Source: Deltaproteobacteria bacterium
Lineage (GTDB): Bacteria; Myxococcota_A; Polyangia; Polyangiales; Houyiibacteriaceae
Length of the DNA: 62,928 bases
Assembly: GCA_034670305.1 (NCBI GenBank)
Contig: JAXMNT010000043.1
Span: forward strand, 1-62,928
Direction of reading: 5' to 3'
The position numbers were made by a program, and so were the translations under genes. Positions 29,808-39,291 of this stretch are shown here, piece after piece. Numbering within the stretch: position 1 is the stretch's first letter; each line of letters begins with the position of its first letter. The notes under the pieces were generated by a model. The model saw nothing but the letters and a program-made list of their open reading frames with translations. It did not search any database and was not told the origin of the DNA.

Positions 29808-30118
29808 AAGCGGAAGCGGAAGCGGAAGCGGCAGCGGAAGCGGCAGCGGAAGCGGCGGCGGCAGCGGAAGCGGAAGCGGTAGCGGCAGCGGGTCGCGGTC
29901 GCGGTAGTGGTCGCGGTAGCAGTCGCGGCAGCGGTCGCGGTCGCGGTAGCGGTCGCGGAAGCGGAAGCGGATTCGGGATCGGCTTCGGCTTCGGGATCGG
30001 CTTCGGGATCGGCTTCGGATTCGGATTCGGCTTCGGGATCGGCTTCGGCTTCGGCTTCGGGATCGGCTTCGGCTTCGAACCAAGGGCAAGGGCAAGGGCA
30101 GGGGCAAGGGCAAGGGCC
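29808..30118 (+). repeat. Composite hexamer array: GCGG-NN block, TCGG-NN block, (GGGCAA)n end block
   Basis: gaagcg/gcagcg/gtcgcg units, then gcttcg/ggatcg/gattcg, then caagggcaagggcaagggcagggg. Confidence 0.95.
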
Positions 30119-30132
30119 GCATCTCCCCGGCC

Positions 30133-30160
30133 TTGTCTGTCCCACCCGCGGTGCTATGTT
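30133..30160 (+). promoter_or_regulatory. Putative sigma70-type promoter for the tRNA
   Basis: TTGTCT-N16-TATGTT with extended -10 TG, 14 bp before the tRNA. Confidence 0.5.
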
Positions 30161-30174
30161 CGCCGACCTCTCTG

Positions 30175-30259
30175 GGCCGAGTGGCGGAACTGGCAGACGC
30201 GACGGATTCAAAATCCGTTTCTTTCGGGAGTGCGGGTTCGAGTCCCGCCTCGGCTACCA
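30175..30259 (+). tRNA. tRNA-Leu(CAA)
   Basis: Acceptor GGCCGAG/CTCGGCT + ACCA; D-arm TGGCGGAACTGGCAGACGC; anticodon arm ACGGA-TTCAAAA-TCCGT; long variable arm; T-arm GCGGG-TTCGAGT-CCCGC. Confidence 0.97.
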
Positions 30260-30326
30260 AGAGCAACAACGCAACGACATGGCGCGGGCCGAGCGCGCAC
30301 ACCGCTCCGGAGCGGCTCGCAGGGTG

Positions 30327-30932
30327 CTAGAACCCGCCGGCCACGACCCACTCGAGCAACGATCGCGTCGCGTGACCGCGGTGGCTGATCGCCGACTTCT
30401 CGGCGGGTGAGAGCTGCGCCATCGATCGTTCCGGCCAAGCGTCCGGATGGAAGAGCGGGTCGTACCCGAACCCGCCCTCCCCTTGCGGCGCCCGCGCGAT
30501 CCACCCTTCGCATGCGCCTGCGTGTCGCGTGAGCTCCGCCCCCGACGGATCGACCAGCGAGAGCGCGCACCGAAAGCGCGCGGTGCGTTCTTCGTCGGCG
30601 ACGCCGGCCATGGCCTGGAGCAACTTCAGGTTGTTCTTCGCATCGGTCGCCCCTGGCCCGGCGTACCGGGCCGAGTGCACGCCGGGCGCGCCGTGAAGCG
30701 CGTCGACGCACAGGCCGCTGTCGTCGGCCATCGCGTGCAACCCCGACGCAGCGGCGAAGCCCTTCGCCTTCAGCAACGCGTTGCCCTCGAAGGTGGCCGC
30801 GTCTTCCACCACGTCGAGCCGTAGCCCGGCGTCCGCCGGCGACACGACTTCGATCGTCGTGTCCTGGAACAGGTGCCGCAGCTCTTTCAGCTTGCCGGGG
30901 TTGTTGGTCGCGACGAGCAGGCGCACGGTCAC
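30327..30932 (-). CDS. rdgB: Non-canonical purine NTP pyrophosphatase
   Basis: ATNNPGK..E, TFEGNALLKA, ADDSGL.VDAL.GAPGVHSAR, GFGYDPLF, SHRG. Confidence 0.95.
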   Translation of the reverse strand: MTVRLLVATNNPGKLKELRHLFQDTTIEVVSPADAGLRLDVVEDAATFEGNALLKAKGFAAASGLHAMADDSGLCVDALHGAPGVHSARYAGPGATDAKNNLKLLQAMAGVADEERTARFRCALSLVDPSGAELTRHAGACEGWIARAPQGEGGFGYDPLFHPDAWPERSMAQLSPAEKSAISHRGHATRSLLEWVVAGGF

Positions 30933-31681
30933 ACCATCAACGCAGCGAGGTCGATCCCTGCGTCGCGCAACGCGGCCGTCTGGGCTTCGATGAGCGTCGG
31001 CATGGCCCCCAGCGCGAGATCGAGCATGGCGTCGAGTTTGTCCCGCGGGATCGGCGCGCCCTCCGCCGTGCCCTGCACTTCGACAAACGCGCCGCTGGCG
31101 GTTCCGACCACGTTCAGATCCACTTCCGCGTCTCGGTCTTCGACGTAGCAGAGGTCGAGGATCGGATGTCCGTGGAAGAGCCCCACGCTGATGGCGGCGA
31201 TCGGTTCACGCAGCACACCCTTCTTCACGAGCCCGCGTTTGCGGAGCCCATCGAGCGCCATCGCGAGCGCCACGAAACCGCCCGTGACCGATGCGGTGCG
31301 GGTGCCTCCGTCCGCGTCGAGCACATCGCAGTCCACCGAAATCGTGCGCTCGCCGAGCTGCTCGAGATCGACCGCCGCGCGGAGCGAACGGGCGATGAGT
31401 CGCTGGATCTCCGCCGTCCGGCCACCGATGCTGCCCTTGCGGCCTTCGCGGTTCTGGCGGCGCGGGTTGGCGCGCGGGTGCATCGCGTACTCGGCGGTGA
31501 CCCAGCCCTGGCCGGGTTTGTTCAGCCACGGCGGCCGGCCTTCGTCCACCGACGCCGCGACCAGCACGGCCGTATCGCCCGAGCGGTAGATCACGCTGCC
31601 TTCCGGGTTGCGCATCACCCCCGGTTCGATCCGAATCGTCCGCGCCGCGTCGTAGCCGCGCCCATCGTGCCGTGTCGTCAT
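30929..31681 (-). CDS. rph: Ribonuclease PH
   Basis: GWVTAEYAM.P, GRTAEIQRLIARSLR, DCDVLDADGGTRTAS, EVQGTAEG. Confidence 0.95.
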   Translation of the reverse strand: MTTRHDGRGYDAARTIRIEPGVMRNPEGSVIYRSGDTAVLVAASVDEGRPPWLNKPGQGWVTAEYAMHPRANPRRQNREGRKGSIGGRTAEIQRLIARSLRAAVDLEQLGERTISVDCDVLDADGGTRTASVTGGFVALAMALDGLRKRGLVKKGVLREPIAAISVGLFHGHPILDLCYVEDRDAEVDLNVVGTASGAFVEVQGTAEGAPIPRDKLDAMLDLALGAMPTLIEAQTAALRDAGIDLAALMV

Positions 31682-31750
31682 GCGCACGTTAGAGCGCATC
31701 CGAACGCAGAACGCCACCCCATCCGCCAGCCGGCCCGCTGGGCGGTGCGC

Positions 31751-33688
31751 TCAGTGTTTGAGCGGGAAGACGAGCTCGAAACGCGCGCCGCCTGCGCCGC
31801 CCTGGGTCACCCGGATCGTGCCGCCGTGGGCGTGCACGACCTGTTGGGTCAGTGGCAGCCCGAGTCCCGAGCCGCGCTCCTTCGTGGTGAAGAAGAGATC
31901 GAAGATCCGCTCGCGTTCGGACTCCGGCACACCCTCCCCTTCGTCTTCGACCGAGACCAAGATGCCGTCACCGACCCGCTCGATCCCGAGCCGCACCCGG
32001 CCTCCCTCCGGGCTGGCGTCGACCGCGTTTCGGATGAGGTTGAGGAGCGCCTGACGGATTTGATTCTCGTCGAGCCGGACCGTCGGAAGCCCGGATTCGA
32101 TCGCCAGATCGAGATGCACCCCCGACGCGGCGAAGTCTCGGGCCATGAAGTTCGCGAGCGCCGTCGCGATCTCGCCCAGGTCCTCCACCTCGAATCGTGG
32201 TTGCGGCAAACGCGCGAGTCGGAGGTACTGCTCGGTGATTCCGGTGAGTCGATCGATCTCCGTCTGGATCGCTTCCAGCAGTGCGGTGGCTTCCGCCTCC
32301 GCCTCGGCGTCGTTCGCCCCCATCGAGAGGATCTCGTCGCGCAGCATGTCGACGTTCAGCCCGATGCTGGACAGTGGGTTGCGCACCTCGTGCGTCACGT
32401 GCGCGGCCATGCGCCCGATCGCTGCGAGCCGTTCGGTGCGAAGGAGCCGCTCTTTCGTGCGCAGCGCGTCGGTCACATCCTCCGCCACGAGCAAGATCGC
32501 GCCTGGTTCGTCTCCGAACGCGGTCAGCAACATGTCGATCTGACGGGTCGCACCGCCCGCGGGGTCGGGCTGTTCGATCGCTTCGAGCACCACCTGCGGC
32601 GTGCCCGAACGGACTTCCGCGATGCCATCGCGAAGGCCCGCGGGCGTGTCGAACTCGTGGCCCTCCGCCTCGCGCGAGAGGCCGAGCACCCGCGCGGCCG
32701 CTGGGTTCACGCTGCGCACGACGTCGTCTCCGTCGAGCACGACGACCGCGGCCCGGAGACCCGCGACGATCTGCGCTTGCATGCGGCGCAGCTCGGACAG
32801 TCCTGCATCGCGGGCGCGCAGCGCGTCCACCATGTGATCGAAATCCTGCGCGAGCAGCGCCAGCTCGTCCGCGCCGCGTACCTTGAGCGGCGGGGTATCG
32901 AAGTCGCCTTCCGCAATCGCACCGACCCGCTCCTGGAGCAGCGGCAGCGGACGCAGCACGCGAAGCGACCAGAAGGTGGCCGAGAGTCCGACGAGCAGCG
33001 CGAGGAACGCCAGCACTCCGAGCACGACCGACGCCTGCCGCTCCTGTTCGCTCGCTTCCGATGCCAACGCGTCGATCCGATCCACGAGCTTGCCGTAGCC
33101 CTCGCGGTACTGCCGCTCGATCTCCAACTCGGCCGCCTTGAGCCGGTCGTGCACAGCCTGGGCTTCTGCGCGGTCGCCGTTCTCCAGCGCTGTGAGCAGC
33201 ACGTCGTAGTCCGCGTCGGTCGACTCGTACCCGTGGCCGATCGCTTCGACGGCTTCGCGCACCGGTCGCAACGTCGGTGCGTCGTCGGCCCGCTCAGCGA
33301 GCCGTTCGGCCCGCTCGAGGAAGTAGTCGAGACGCCGCATGGTGGAGGGCCGGACTTGGCGCGCCGCCTGGAACCACACCCGTTCGCTCGAGTCCTCGAG
33401 AATGCTTTCGACATGGCGCCGGTACACGTTCTGATAGGAACGCGCTTCACCGAGCCGCATCGCCAGGGGCAGGTAGCCGTCGTGCAAGAGCTGCAGCATG
33501 CGGGCGCTGCGATCGTGCCGGAGCACACTCGAGACGCTGACGACCGCGAAACCGACCAACGTGATCGCGAACGCCGCAAAGATCCGCGTCGGGATCGACA
33601 GGCGCGAACGCCGACGCGCCGGCGGCCGGAGCGGACGAGGCTCGGGTGCAGGCGTCGTCGGGCTGCTGTCCGGACCGCTCGGGCTCAT
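31751..33688 (-). CDS. Membrane sensor histidine kinase (HAMP, PAS-like, HisKA, HATPase)
   Basis: Two TM helices, HAMP (DELALLAQDFDHM), HEVRNPL, NLIRNA, DEGEG, FFTTK..GSGLGL. Confidence 0.92.
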   Translation of the reverse strand: MSPSGPDSSPTTPAPEPRPLRPPARRRSRLSIPTRIFAAFAITLVGFAVVSVSSVLRHDRSARMLQLLHDGYLPLAMRLGEARSYQNVYRRHVESILEDSSERVWFQAARQVRPSTMRRLDYFLERAERLAERADDAPTLRPVREAVEAIGHGYESTDADYDVLLTALENGDRAEAQAVHDRLKAAELEIERQYREGYGKLVDRIDALASEASEQERQASVVLGVLAFLALLVGLSATFWSLRVLRPLPLLQERVGAIAEGDFDTPPLKVRGADELALLAQDFDHMVDALRARDAGLSELRRMQAQIVAGLRAAVVVLDGDDVVRSVNPAAARVLGLSREAEGHEFDTPAGLRDGIAEVRSGTPQVVLEAIEQPDPAGGATRQIDMLLTAFGDEPGAILLVAEDVTDALRTKERLLRTERLAAIGRMAAHVTHEVRNPLSSIGLNVDMLRDEILSMGANDAEAEAEATALLEAIQTEIDRLTGITEQYLRLARLPQPRFEVEDLGEIATALANFMARDFAASGVHLDLAIESGLPTVRLDENQIRQALLNLIRNAVDASPEGGRVRLGIERVGDGILVSVEDEGEGVPESERERIFDLFFTTKERGSGLGLPLTQQVVHAHGGTIRVTQGGAGGARFELVFPLKH

Positions 33689-36600
33689 CGCCCTCCGACG
33701 ATACCGCGTGCTTCTTCGGCGAGGTTGGGATCCGCAGCCTCCGCCGCCTGCGCCGCCGTTCGTGCGTCGGCGCGGCGGCGCAGACCGACGAACGCGCGGG
33801 CCCGCATCAACTGAATCCGACCGGGTTCCGGGTGCTGGACGAGCAACGCCGTGTCCGCTTCGTACAGGGCTTCGGCGTGGCGTCCCTTCTGCAGGTAGGC
33901 CTGGGCCAAGAGATCGTGCACGGCCGGGTTGTTCGGATCGACGAAGACGCTGGCTTCGCCTTCGGTCACGGCGTCGTCCCACTGGGCCCGCTCGACGAGC
34001 AGCGCGAGAAGCGCAGCGTGGGTGGGCCGGTCGTGTTCGTCGATGCGCGCGAGGCGGCTCAACGCACGGAGCCGAAGATCGGCGTCGTTCGCCTGCTGCG
34101 CGATCTCCGAGAGACCCATCCACGCTTCCGGGCGGTGCTCGTCGATGCGGGCAGCCGCCTCCAGAGACTGGCGCGCCGCCGCGGTGTCGTTCCCGCCGAG
34201 CGCCGCGCGGGCCATGAGCAACCGGAGTTCGTAGCCGTCTCGGCCGCCGGCCAGCAGCGCCTGCAGGTGCGTCAACGCGGTCTGTCCATCGCTCTGCATC
34301 AGCGCCAACCGTGCGAGCACGAACCGCGCGACCGGCTCGGCGGCGTCGATGCCGATCGCCCGCGCCGCGGCCGCCTGAGCGGCCTCTGCATCACCGCCCA
34401 CCAAGAGCGCGGCCGCGAGCGCGCCCTGCTTGCTGGCGTCCGTCGGTGCGGCCTCGGCGGCTTGGCGGATGGGCTCGACTTCGGTGTACTGCGAGAAGTC
34501 GACCGAGAAGTCATCGGCGCGCGCACGGAGCCGCTGCCGGGCGTGGGCGCGGAAGTTGCGGTCGAGTTCTTCAATCGTGATGCCGAGCGCCGTCTGCACG
34601 ACCTCGGGGGTCGTCTTGCCTTGCGACCAGCCGCGCAACATCGCGACCACATCCGGGAACCCGTGTTCGTCCGCGATGTACTTCACGATGCGGGTGCTCG
34701 CGTAGTACGCGACCATCATGTCCATGCCGGACCGCGCGCGGGTGAAGGCGCGGTTCATCAGGCGCAGCGGCGGGAGCCGGTCCTCTTCGAGCGCGGCCCA
34801 CAGGTGGTGGTCCATCTCGCGCTGCCAGTCCTGACGCGCGATCAAGGTCTCGTACTCGGCGAGCCCTTCGGTGAACCAGCGCGGCACCCGGTTGCGGGAG
34901 AGCTGGATGTGGAAGACGTGCGCGAGTTCGTGCCAGGTGATCTGGCCCCAGTTGAACGGACCGCCGCGCGGCGAGATGGCGGTCACGACCTTGCCGAAAC
35001 ACACCCCCTGCACGCCGAGGTTTGGCAGCCCCACGGTGCGCACGCTGAAGTGCGAGGTGTTCGCGAAGAGCTCGATGCGGACCGGTCCCTCCGGAGTGAA
35101 CTGGTAGCGGCGCACCATGTCCGTGTACGCGCGTCGCAGCGTGCGCGGCACGTAACGCTCGAGCACGCTCCGCTCGTCCCGGTGCATGCGAAAGACGAAC
35201 GGGCCGTCGGTGAGCTCTTCGTACTCCTGCTCGATCACGTCGTCGTAGAGGTTGAGCGTGTTGAACACCCGAACGTTGAACCGGTCCCGCCGCCACGCGC
35301 TCTGCAGCGCGGTGAGCCCTTCGGCTTCGTCGCCCATGCGCAAGAGGTTGAGGCCGAGCGCCGCGTGGGCGCGGTAGTCGTTGCTGTCGAGGGTGACCGC
35401 TTCGCGCGACATCGCCACGATGTCCGGGTACCGGTGCTCCCATTCCGCGAACTCGCCGAGCACCGCGTAGAGTTCCGTGTAGGTGCGGTTCCGGCGAAAG
35501 ACCTCGCGTTTGGCCGCGGCGAATCCAGCGTCGTCGTCCGCGAGGTAGCGCACAGCGGCGCGGGTGCTCAGCGCTTCCATGTCGTTCGGGTTCGTTTGCA
35601 GCGCACGATCGAGGCTGGCGTCGGCGGCGTCGATGTCGAGGTCGCGCAGCGCCATGCCCGCGCGGGTGATGTGCGCCATGCCGAGGTTCGGGTTCACCGA
35701 GAGCGCCTGCTCGACGTGGGCTTCCGCGGCCGCGAAGTTGAAGCTCTGCGCGATCTTGATCCGCGCCAAGAGCGCGTGGGCTTCGGGGTGCACCGGGTTG
35801 ACCTCGAAGACCTCCCGGATGTTCTCTTCGGCGTGGCCGGCGTCGTACTTCGCCAAGAACAGGCGCGCCCACTCGAGGCGCGTCTCCACCCGCACGCGGC
35901 CCGCCGGTGTCGGGGGCGGCGGAGGCGCTGCGAGGCCGCCGGTGCTGTTCGGCTGACGCGGCGGACTCGGTGGGCGCGCGCCCGACTCGGCCCGCACCGA
36001 CTGTACGAACGCGTCGTTCGCGTCGCGCGGCGCGCCGAGTTCCCAGGCGGCCATGCCTACGTAGCTGAGCCCTTCGGCGTCGCGGTCGCCGATGGTGCCG
36101 TCGTTGAAGGCGGCGATGAGCTTCATCAGGATCGGCTCTGCCGCGACGCGCTGGCCGCGCAGGTTGAGGAGGCGGCCCAGCATCACGCGCGCCCGGTGTG
36201 CCGCCGGTTCGTCCTTCACGATTTCGAACGCCGCCTGCGCGTCGTCCCACCGGCCGCGGGCCACGAGCACCTCGCCAAGCAAGGTCTGCGCAGCGATCCG
36301 GATCGCCGGGTCCGCGGCTGCACCTCGGGTCGCGTGTTGCACGGCCAAGCGCGCCTTGGCGGCCGCGTCGTCGTACCCGCCGGTGACGAAGAGATGTTGC
36401 GCTTGCAGCAGCTCGAGCGCCGGGCCGCGACCGATCGCCTCGGCGCCGGTCCGCGCCAGCGCCGTGCCGACCTCTGCGTAGAAGCCCTGGTTCAAGGCCT
36501 CGCGGGCCTGGTCGAGGGTGGTGATCGTCGGTGCGGTGCGCTCGGGGATCTCGAGACCTTCGGTTTCGGGAAGCGCCGACAACGGCACCGCGTCGGCACT

Positions 36601-36765
36601 CGCCGTGTCCCTGCCCTGCTCGGGGGTGGGCGCTTCGGTGGTTCCAGCGGTCTCGCCCTCGGTCTCGGTCTCACCGCCTTCGGGCGAAGGCGCAGGACCA
36701 CAGGAGGCGCCGACGAGGGGCGCAGCGAACAGGAGGGTGAGCAAGACGCGGGCAGAAACGGTCAT
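33685..36765 (-). CDS. Large TPR lipoprotein with a gluzincin (peptidase MA-like) domain
   Basis: Lipobox-like GASC; many TPR-like helices; WHELAHVF plus PRWFTEGLAEYE. Confidence 0.85.
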   Translation of the reverse strand: MTVSARVLLTLLFAAPLVGASCGPAPSPEGGETETEGETAGTTEAPTPEQGRDTASADAVPLSALPETEGLEIPERTAPTITTLDQAREALNQGFYAEVGTALARTGAEAIGRGPALELLQAQHLFVTGGYDDAAAKARLAVQHATRGAAADPAIRIAAQTLLGEVLVARGRWDDAQAAFEIVKDEPAAHRARVMLGRLLNLRGQRVAAEPILMKLIAAFNDGTIGDRDAEGLSYVGMAAWELGAPRDANDAFVQSVRAESGARPPSPPRQPNSTGGLAAPPPPPTPAGRVRVETRLEWARLFLAKYDAGHAEENIREVFEVNPVHPEAHALLARIKIAQSFNFAAAEAHVEQALSVNPNLGMAHITRAGMALRDLDIDAADASLDRALQTNPNDMEALSTRAAVRYLADDDAGFAAAKREVFRRNRTYTELYAVLGEFAEWEHRYPDIVAMSREAVTLDSNDYRAHAALGLNLLRMGDEAEGLTALQSAWRRDRFNVRVFNTLNLYDDVIEQEYEELTDGPFVFRMHRDERSVLERYVPRTLRRAYTDMVRRYQFTPEGPVRIELFANTSHFSVRTVGLPNLGVQGVCFGKVVTAISPRGGPFNWGQITWHELAHVFHIQLSRNRVPRWFTEGLAEYETLIARQDWQREMDHHLWAALEEDRLPPLRLMNRAFTRARSGMDMMVAYYASTRIVKYIADEHGFPDVVAMLRGWSQGKTTPEVVQTALGITIEELDRNFRAHARQRLRARADDFSVDFSQYTEVEPIRQAAEAAPTDASKQGALAAALLVGGDAEAAQAAAARAIGIDAAEPVARFVLARLALMQSDGQTALTHLQALLAGGRDGYELRLLMARAALGGNDTAAARQSLEAAARIDEHRPEAWMGLSEIAQQANDADLRLRALSRLARIDEHDRPTHAALLALLVERAQWDDAVTEGEASVFVDPNNPAVHDLLAQAYLQKGRHAEALYEADTALLVQHPEPGRIQLMRARAFVGLRRRADARTAAQAAEAADPNLAEEARGIVGGR

Positions 36766-36954
36766 CGAGGACATCATAGTGTCTTTACCGACGCCGTCGC
36801 CCCCGTGTTCCTTGGCCCGCGCCATCCCGATCGAGTTTGCAATGGCCACCCGGGTGTTGAATCGCCCTCCTCCATGCTAGAAGTCGGGCGTTCCGGAGAG
36901 GAACCGCCTGGGATCGGGGGGTCCCGCGCACCACCCTTCACAAGGAGACGCTCG

Positions 36955-37899
36955 ATGAAGCGCACACTGAGTCTCGTCGGAGGTCTGGCCCTGAGCCTGC
37001 TTTCGACCACCACGAACGCACAACCGGCCGCCATGGGCATGGTCACCGCACAGGCCCAAGCCCGCATGGACGCACGCATGACCGCGATGACCGCTCGCAT
37101 GGACGCGCGCGCGGAGACGATGGAGGCACGCGTCGCCGCGATGGCCGCCGCATCGGTCATGGGCATGGGCCCGCAAGCACGGGCGACCCGCATGGAGCTC
37201 CGCGCCGAAGCCCGTACCGAAGCCGGCGAAGCGCGCGAAGCCCGCATGGACGCGCGCACCGCGACGATGGAAGCGCGGCAACTCCACGGGGAAGCCCGTC
37301 AGGAAGCCCGACGCGAACGCCGCCAGGCCGAATGGGCCCGGGTCCAGGCCCGCACCAACGCCAGCCGTCCGAGCGAGGTGCCCGCCCCCCTGCGTGCCGA
37401 GCTGCGCATCCACGCGCGCCGCACCGCCAAACTCAACCGCGTTCGCGCGGTGGCCGTCGCCCAAGGCGACACCGCGACCCTCGCGCGGGTGGACGCCATC
37501 CTCGTCCGTGAGAACCGCCGCCACACCCGGCGCGTCGAACGCTACAGCGCGGAAGCCGGCGCGGAAGCCACCAACACGGCGACCCCAGCCGCCGAAGGCA
37601 ACGCCGCGCTCAACGTACGCGTCAACGGCGTGCGACCGGGCGTCGCGGTCATGGTCGCCGAACGCGGTGGCGTCGCGGTGCGCACCCAGGTCAACGCCGC
37701 CAATGGCACCGTGATGACCCAGGCCGCCACCGTGATGACCCAGGCCGAGCAGGCCAACGTGGCGGTGATGACCGGGACCCAGATGGCGGCGGCGACGGTC
37801 CGCACGACGACGACCACCACCACGACTGTGATGACTCGAACCACCGCGATGGCGCCTGGCGCCACCGTCAGCGTGATGGCTGGCGTGGGAGGACTCTGA
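36955..37899 (+). CDS. Secreted Met/Ala/Arg/Thr-rich low-complexity protein
   Basis: AAGGAG RBS; signal peptide MKRTLSLVGGLALSLLSTTTNA; ARMDAR repeats; ELR.HARR.AKL.R helical core. Confidence 0.75.
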   Translation: MKRTLSLVGGLALSLLSTTTNAQPAAMGMVTAQAQARMDARMTAMTARMDARAETMEARVAAMAAASVMGMGPQARATRMELRAEARTEAGEAREARMDARTATMEARQLHGEARQEARRERRQAEWARVQARTNASRPSEVPAPLRAELRIHARRTAKLNRVRAVAVAQGDTATLARVDAILVRENRRHTRRVERYSAEAGAEATNTATPAAEGNAALNVRVNGVRPGVAVMVAERGGVAVRTQVNAANGTVMTQAATVMTQAEQANVAVMTGTQMAAATVRTTTTTTTTVMTRTTAMAPGATVSVMAGVGGL

Positions 37900-38183
37900 T
37901 GTTCCGCAAGATGCAGATGTGTTGGATGATGCTGGCCCTCGCCCTTCCGACCTTTGCCGCTGGGTGCGGCGGAGAAGAAGAAGCGGCCCCCGACTTCGTC
38001 GACCCGGTCGAGCCCGAGGCGCCGGAGGAGGAGCCGATGGTGGAAGAAGAGATCGAGCTGACCGAAGAGGACATCCCGATCGCCGCCGACTTCGAGGAAG
38101 CGGCCGAAGCCGAGATCACCGAGGAGAACTACGCTTCGGTGCTCGATCAGATCGAAGCCGAGCTCGGACCCGAAGAAGAGTAG
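37899..38183 (+). CDS. Small acidic lipoprotein
   Basis: Start overlaps upstream stop; lipobox AAGC; Glu-rich; DFEEAAEAEITEEN...LDQIEAEL. Confidence 0.75.
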   Translation: MFRKMQMCWMMLALALPTFAAGCGGEEEAAPDFVDPVEPEAPEEEPMVEEEIELTEEDIPIAADFEEAAEAEITEENYASVLDQIEAELGPEEE

Positions 38184-38206
38184 AGACCGCGCCTCGGCGC
38201 GTGGAT

Positions 38207-38249
38207 GGAAGAGGCGGCCGCGTAGAAGCGCGCCGCCTTTTTCTCTTCC
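38207..38249. terminator. Intrinsic terminator-like hairpin between convergent genes
   Basis: GGAAGAGGCGGC...GCCGCCT-TTTT-CTCTTCC. Confidence 0.7.
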
Positions 38250-38251
38250 GT

Positions 38252-38821
38252 CTACTCCTCTTCGACGACTTCGGTCTTCTTCGCGATGTGCGCGGCGAAG
38301 CTCCGGGCTTCTTCTTCCGAGACCTCTTCGATGAGCTCGTCTTCTTCTTCGTCCTCGGGGATGGTGTCGAGCGCATCGAGGAACCGGCCCATCAGGCCCT
38401 CCATCATCAGCTCGCGCTGCATCTCGGTCGCCTTCTGCTCCGACACGTCGGTGTAGTGGCCTTCGTAGTCGTCGATGAGACCCCGGAACCGAAGCACCTT
38501 CTTCCAGATCGCTTCCTGATTCTTGCCGTAGACCGCGATGAGGGAGATCGCAGAAGCGCCTGCGAGCAGAAGTCCGAGTGGGCCACCCAGAAAGATGCGG
38601 ATGAGCATCGCACCCGCCGCCAAACCGGCGGCGCCCGTGAGCGCCTTCTTGCCGGACTCCAGGCTGAGCCCTTTCGACGCCGCGACGCCCCAAGCCTGGC
38701 GGGTCGCGAGCATCAACGCGAGGAAGGTGACCTTGCTGGACCCTTTGCGGTCCCAGTACCGCTGCATCGATGTCTTGAGAAAGGACTGGTAGCTCTCGAA
38801 GGGAGCGGGGTCGTCGGCCAT
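38252..38821 (-). CDS. Hypothetical membrane protein
   Basis: Clean ORF with typical codon use, central Gly-zipper-like hydrophobic hairpin, acidic tail. Confidence 0.7.
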   Translation of the reverse strand: MADDPAPFESYQSFLKTSMQRYWDRKGSSKVTFLALMLATRQAWGVAASKGLSLESGKKALTGAAGLAAGAMLIRIFLGGPLGLLLAGASAISLIAVYGKNQEAIWKKVLRFRGLIDDYEGHYTDVSEQKATEMQRELMMEGLMGRFLDALDTIPEDEEEDELIEEVSEEEARSFAAHIAKKTEVVEEE

Positions 38822-38876
38822 CGGGGGAAGGTAGTGCCGAGCGGCCGAAGGCGAAAGCCCCTCGGCCGGTGCAAGC

Positions 38877-39269
38877 TCAGGTTCCCGACGACGGAGGAAT
38901 GCAGGCCTTGGGCGCGCTGCCTGGGAGAAGCGGTTCCACATAGTCCACCGAGGAGGAACAGTTGGACTCGACGTCCTCCTCCCGGTGGGTGTTGCACTCG
39001 GGCTTCTCGTCGCAGTTGCGGAAGCAGTAGTTGAGCCCGTCGTCGTGCACGACGCACGACGAACCGGCCGGACAGTCCGCGTGCGCGGTGCATCCCGAGT
39101 TGCCGCAGTAGCCACCGGAGAAGTCGGTCAGGCACTCCTGGCCTTCTTCGAAACAGTCTTCGGAGGTGACACAGGACGCGCCGACGCCGCGGCGGTCGGC
39201 CTCGTTGCCGTCGTCTCCACAGGCGACGAGAAGGAAACCAAAGAACAACAGAAGGGTGGGGGTTCGCAT
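38877..39269 (-). CDS. Small Cys-rich lipoprotein
   Basis: Lipobox LVAC; GVGASC...DC...CLTDFSGGYC...C. Confidence 0.8.
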   Translation of the reverse strand: MRTPTLLLFFGFLLVACGDDGNEADRRGVGASCVTSEDCFEEGQECLTDFSGGYCGNSGCTAHADCPAGSSCVVHDDGLNYCFRNCDEKPECNTHREEDVESNCSSSVDYVEPLLPGSAPKACIPPSSGT

Positions 39270-39291
39270 GGTCTCAGGGTACCCTTGTCCG

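Noticed and set aside
30175-30327. tRNA-Leu as an integration site for an island or prophage
   Set aside because: No integrase, no duplicated tRNA 3' end seen, and housekeeping rdgB/rph follow directly.
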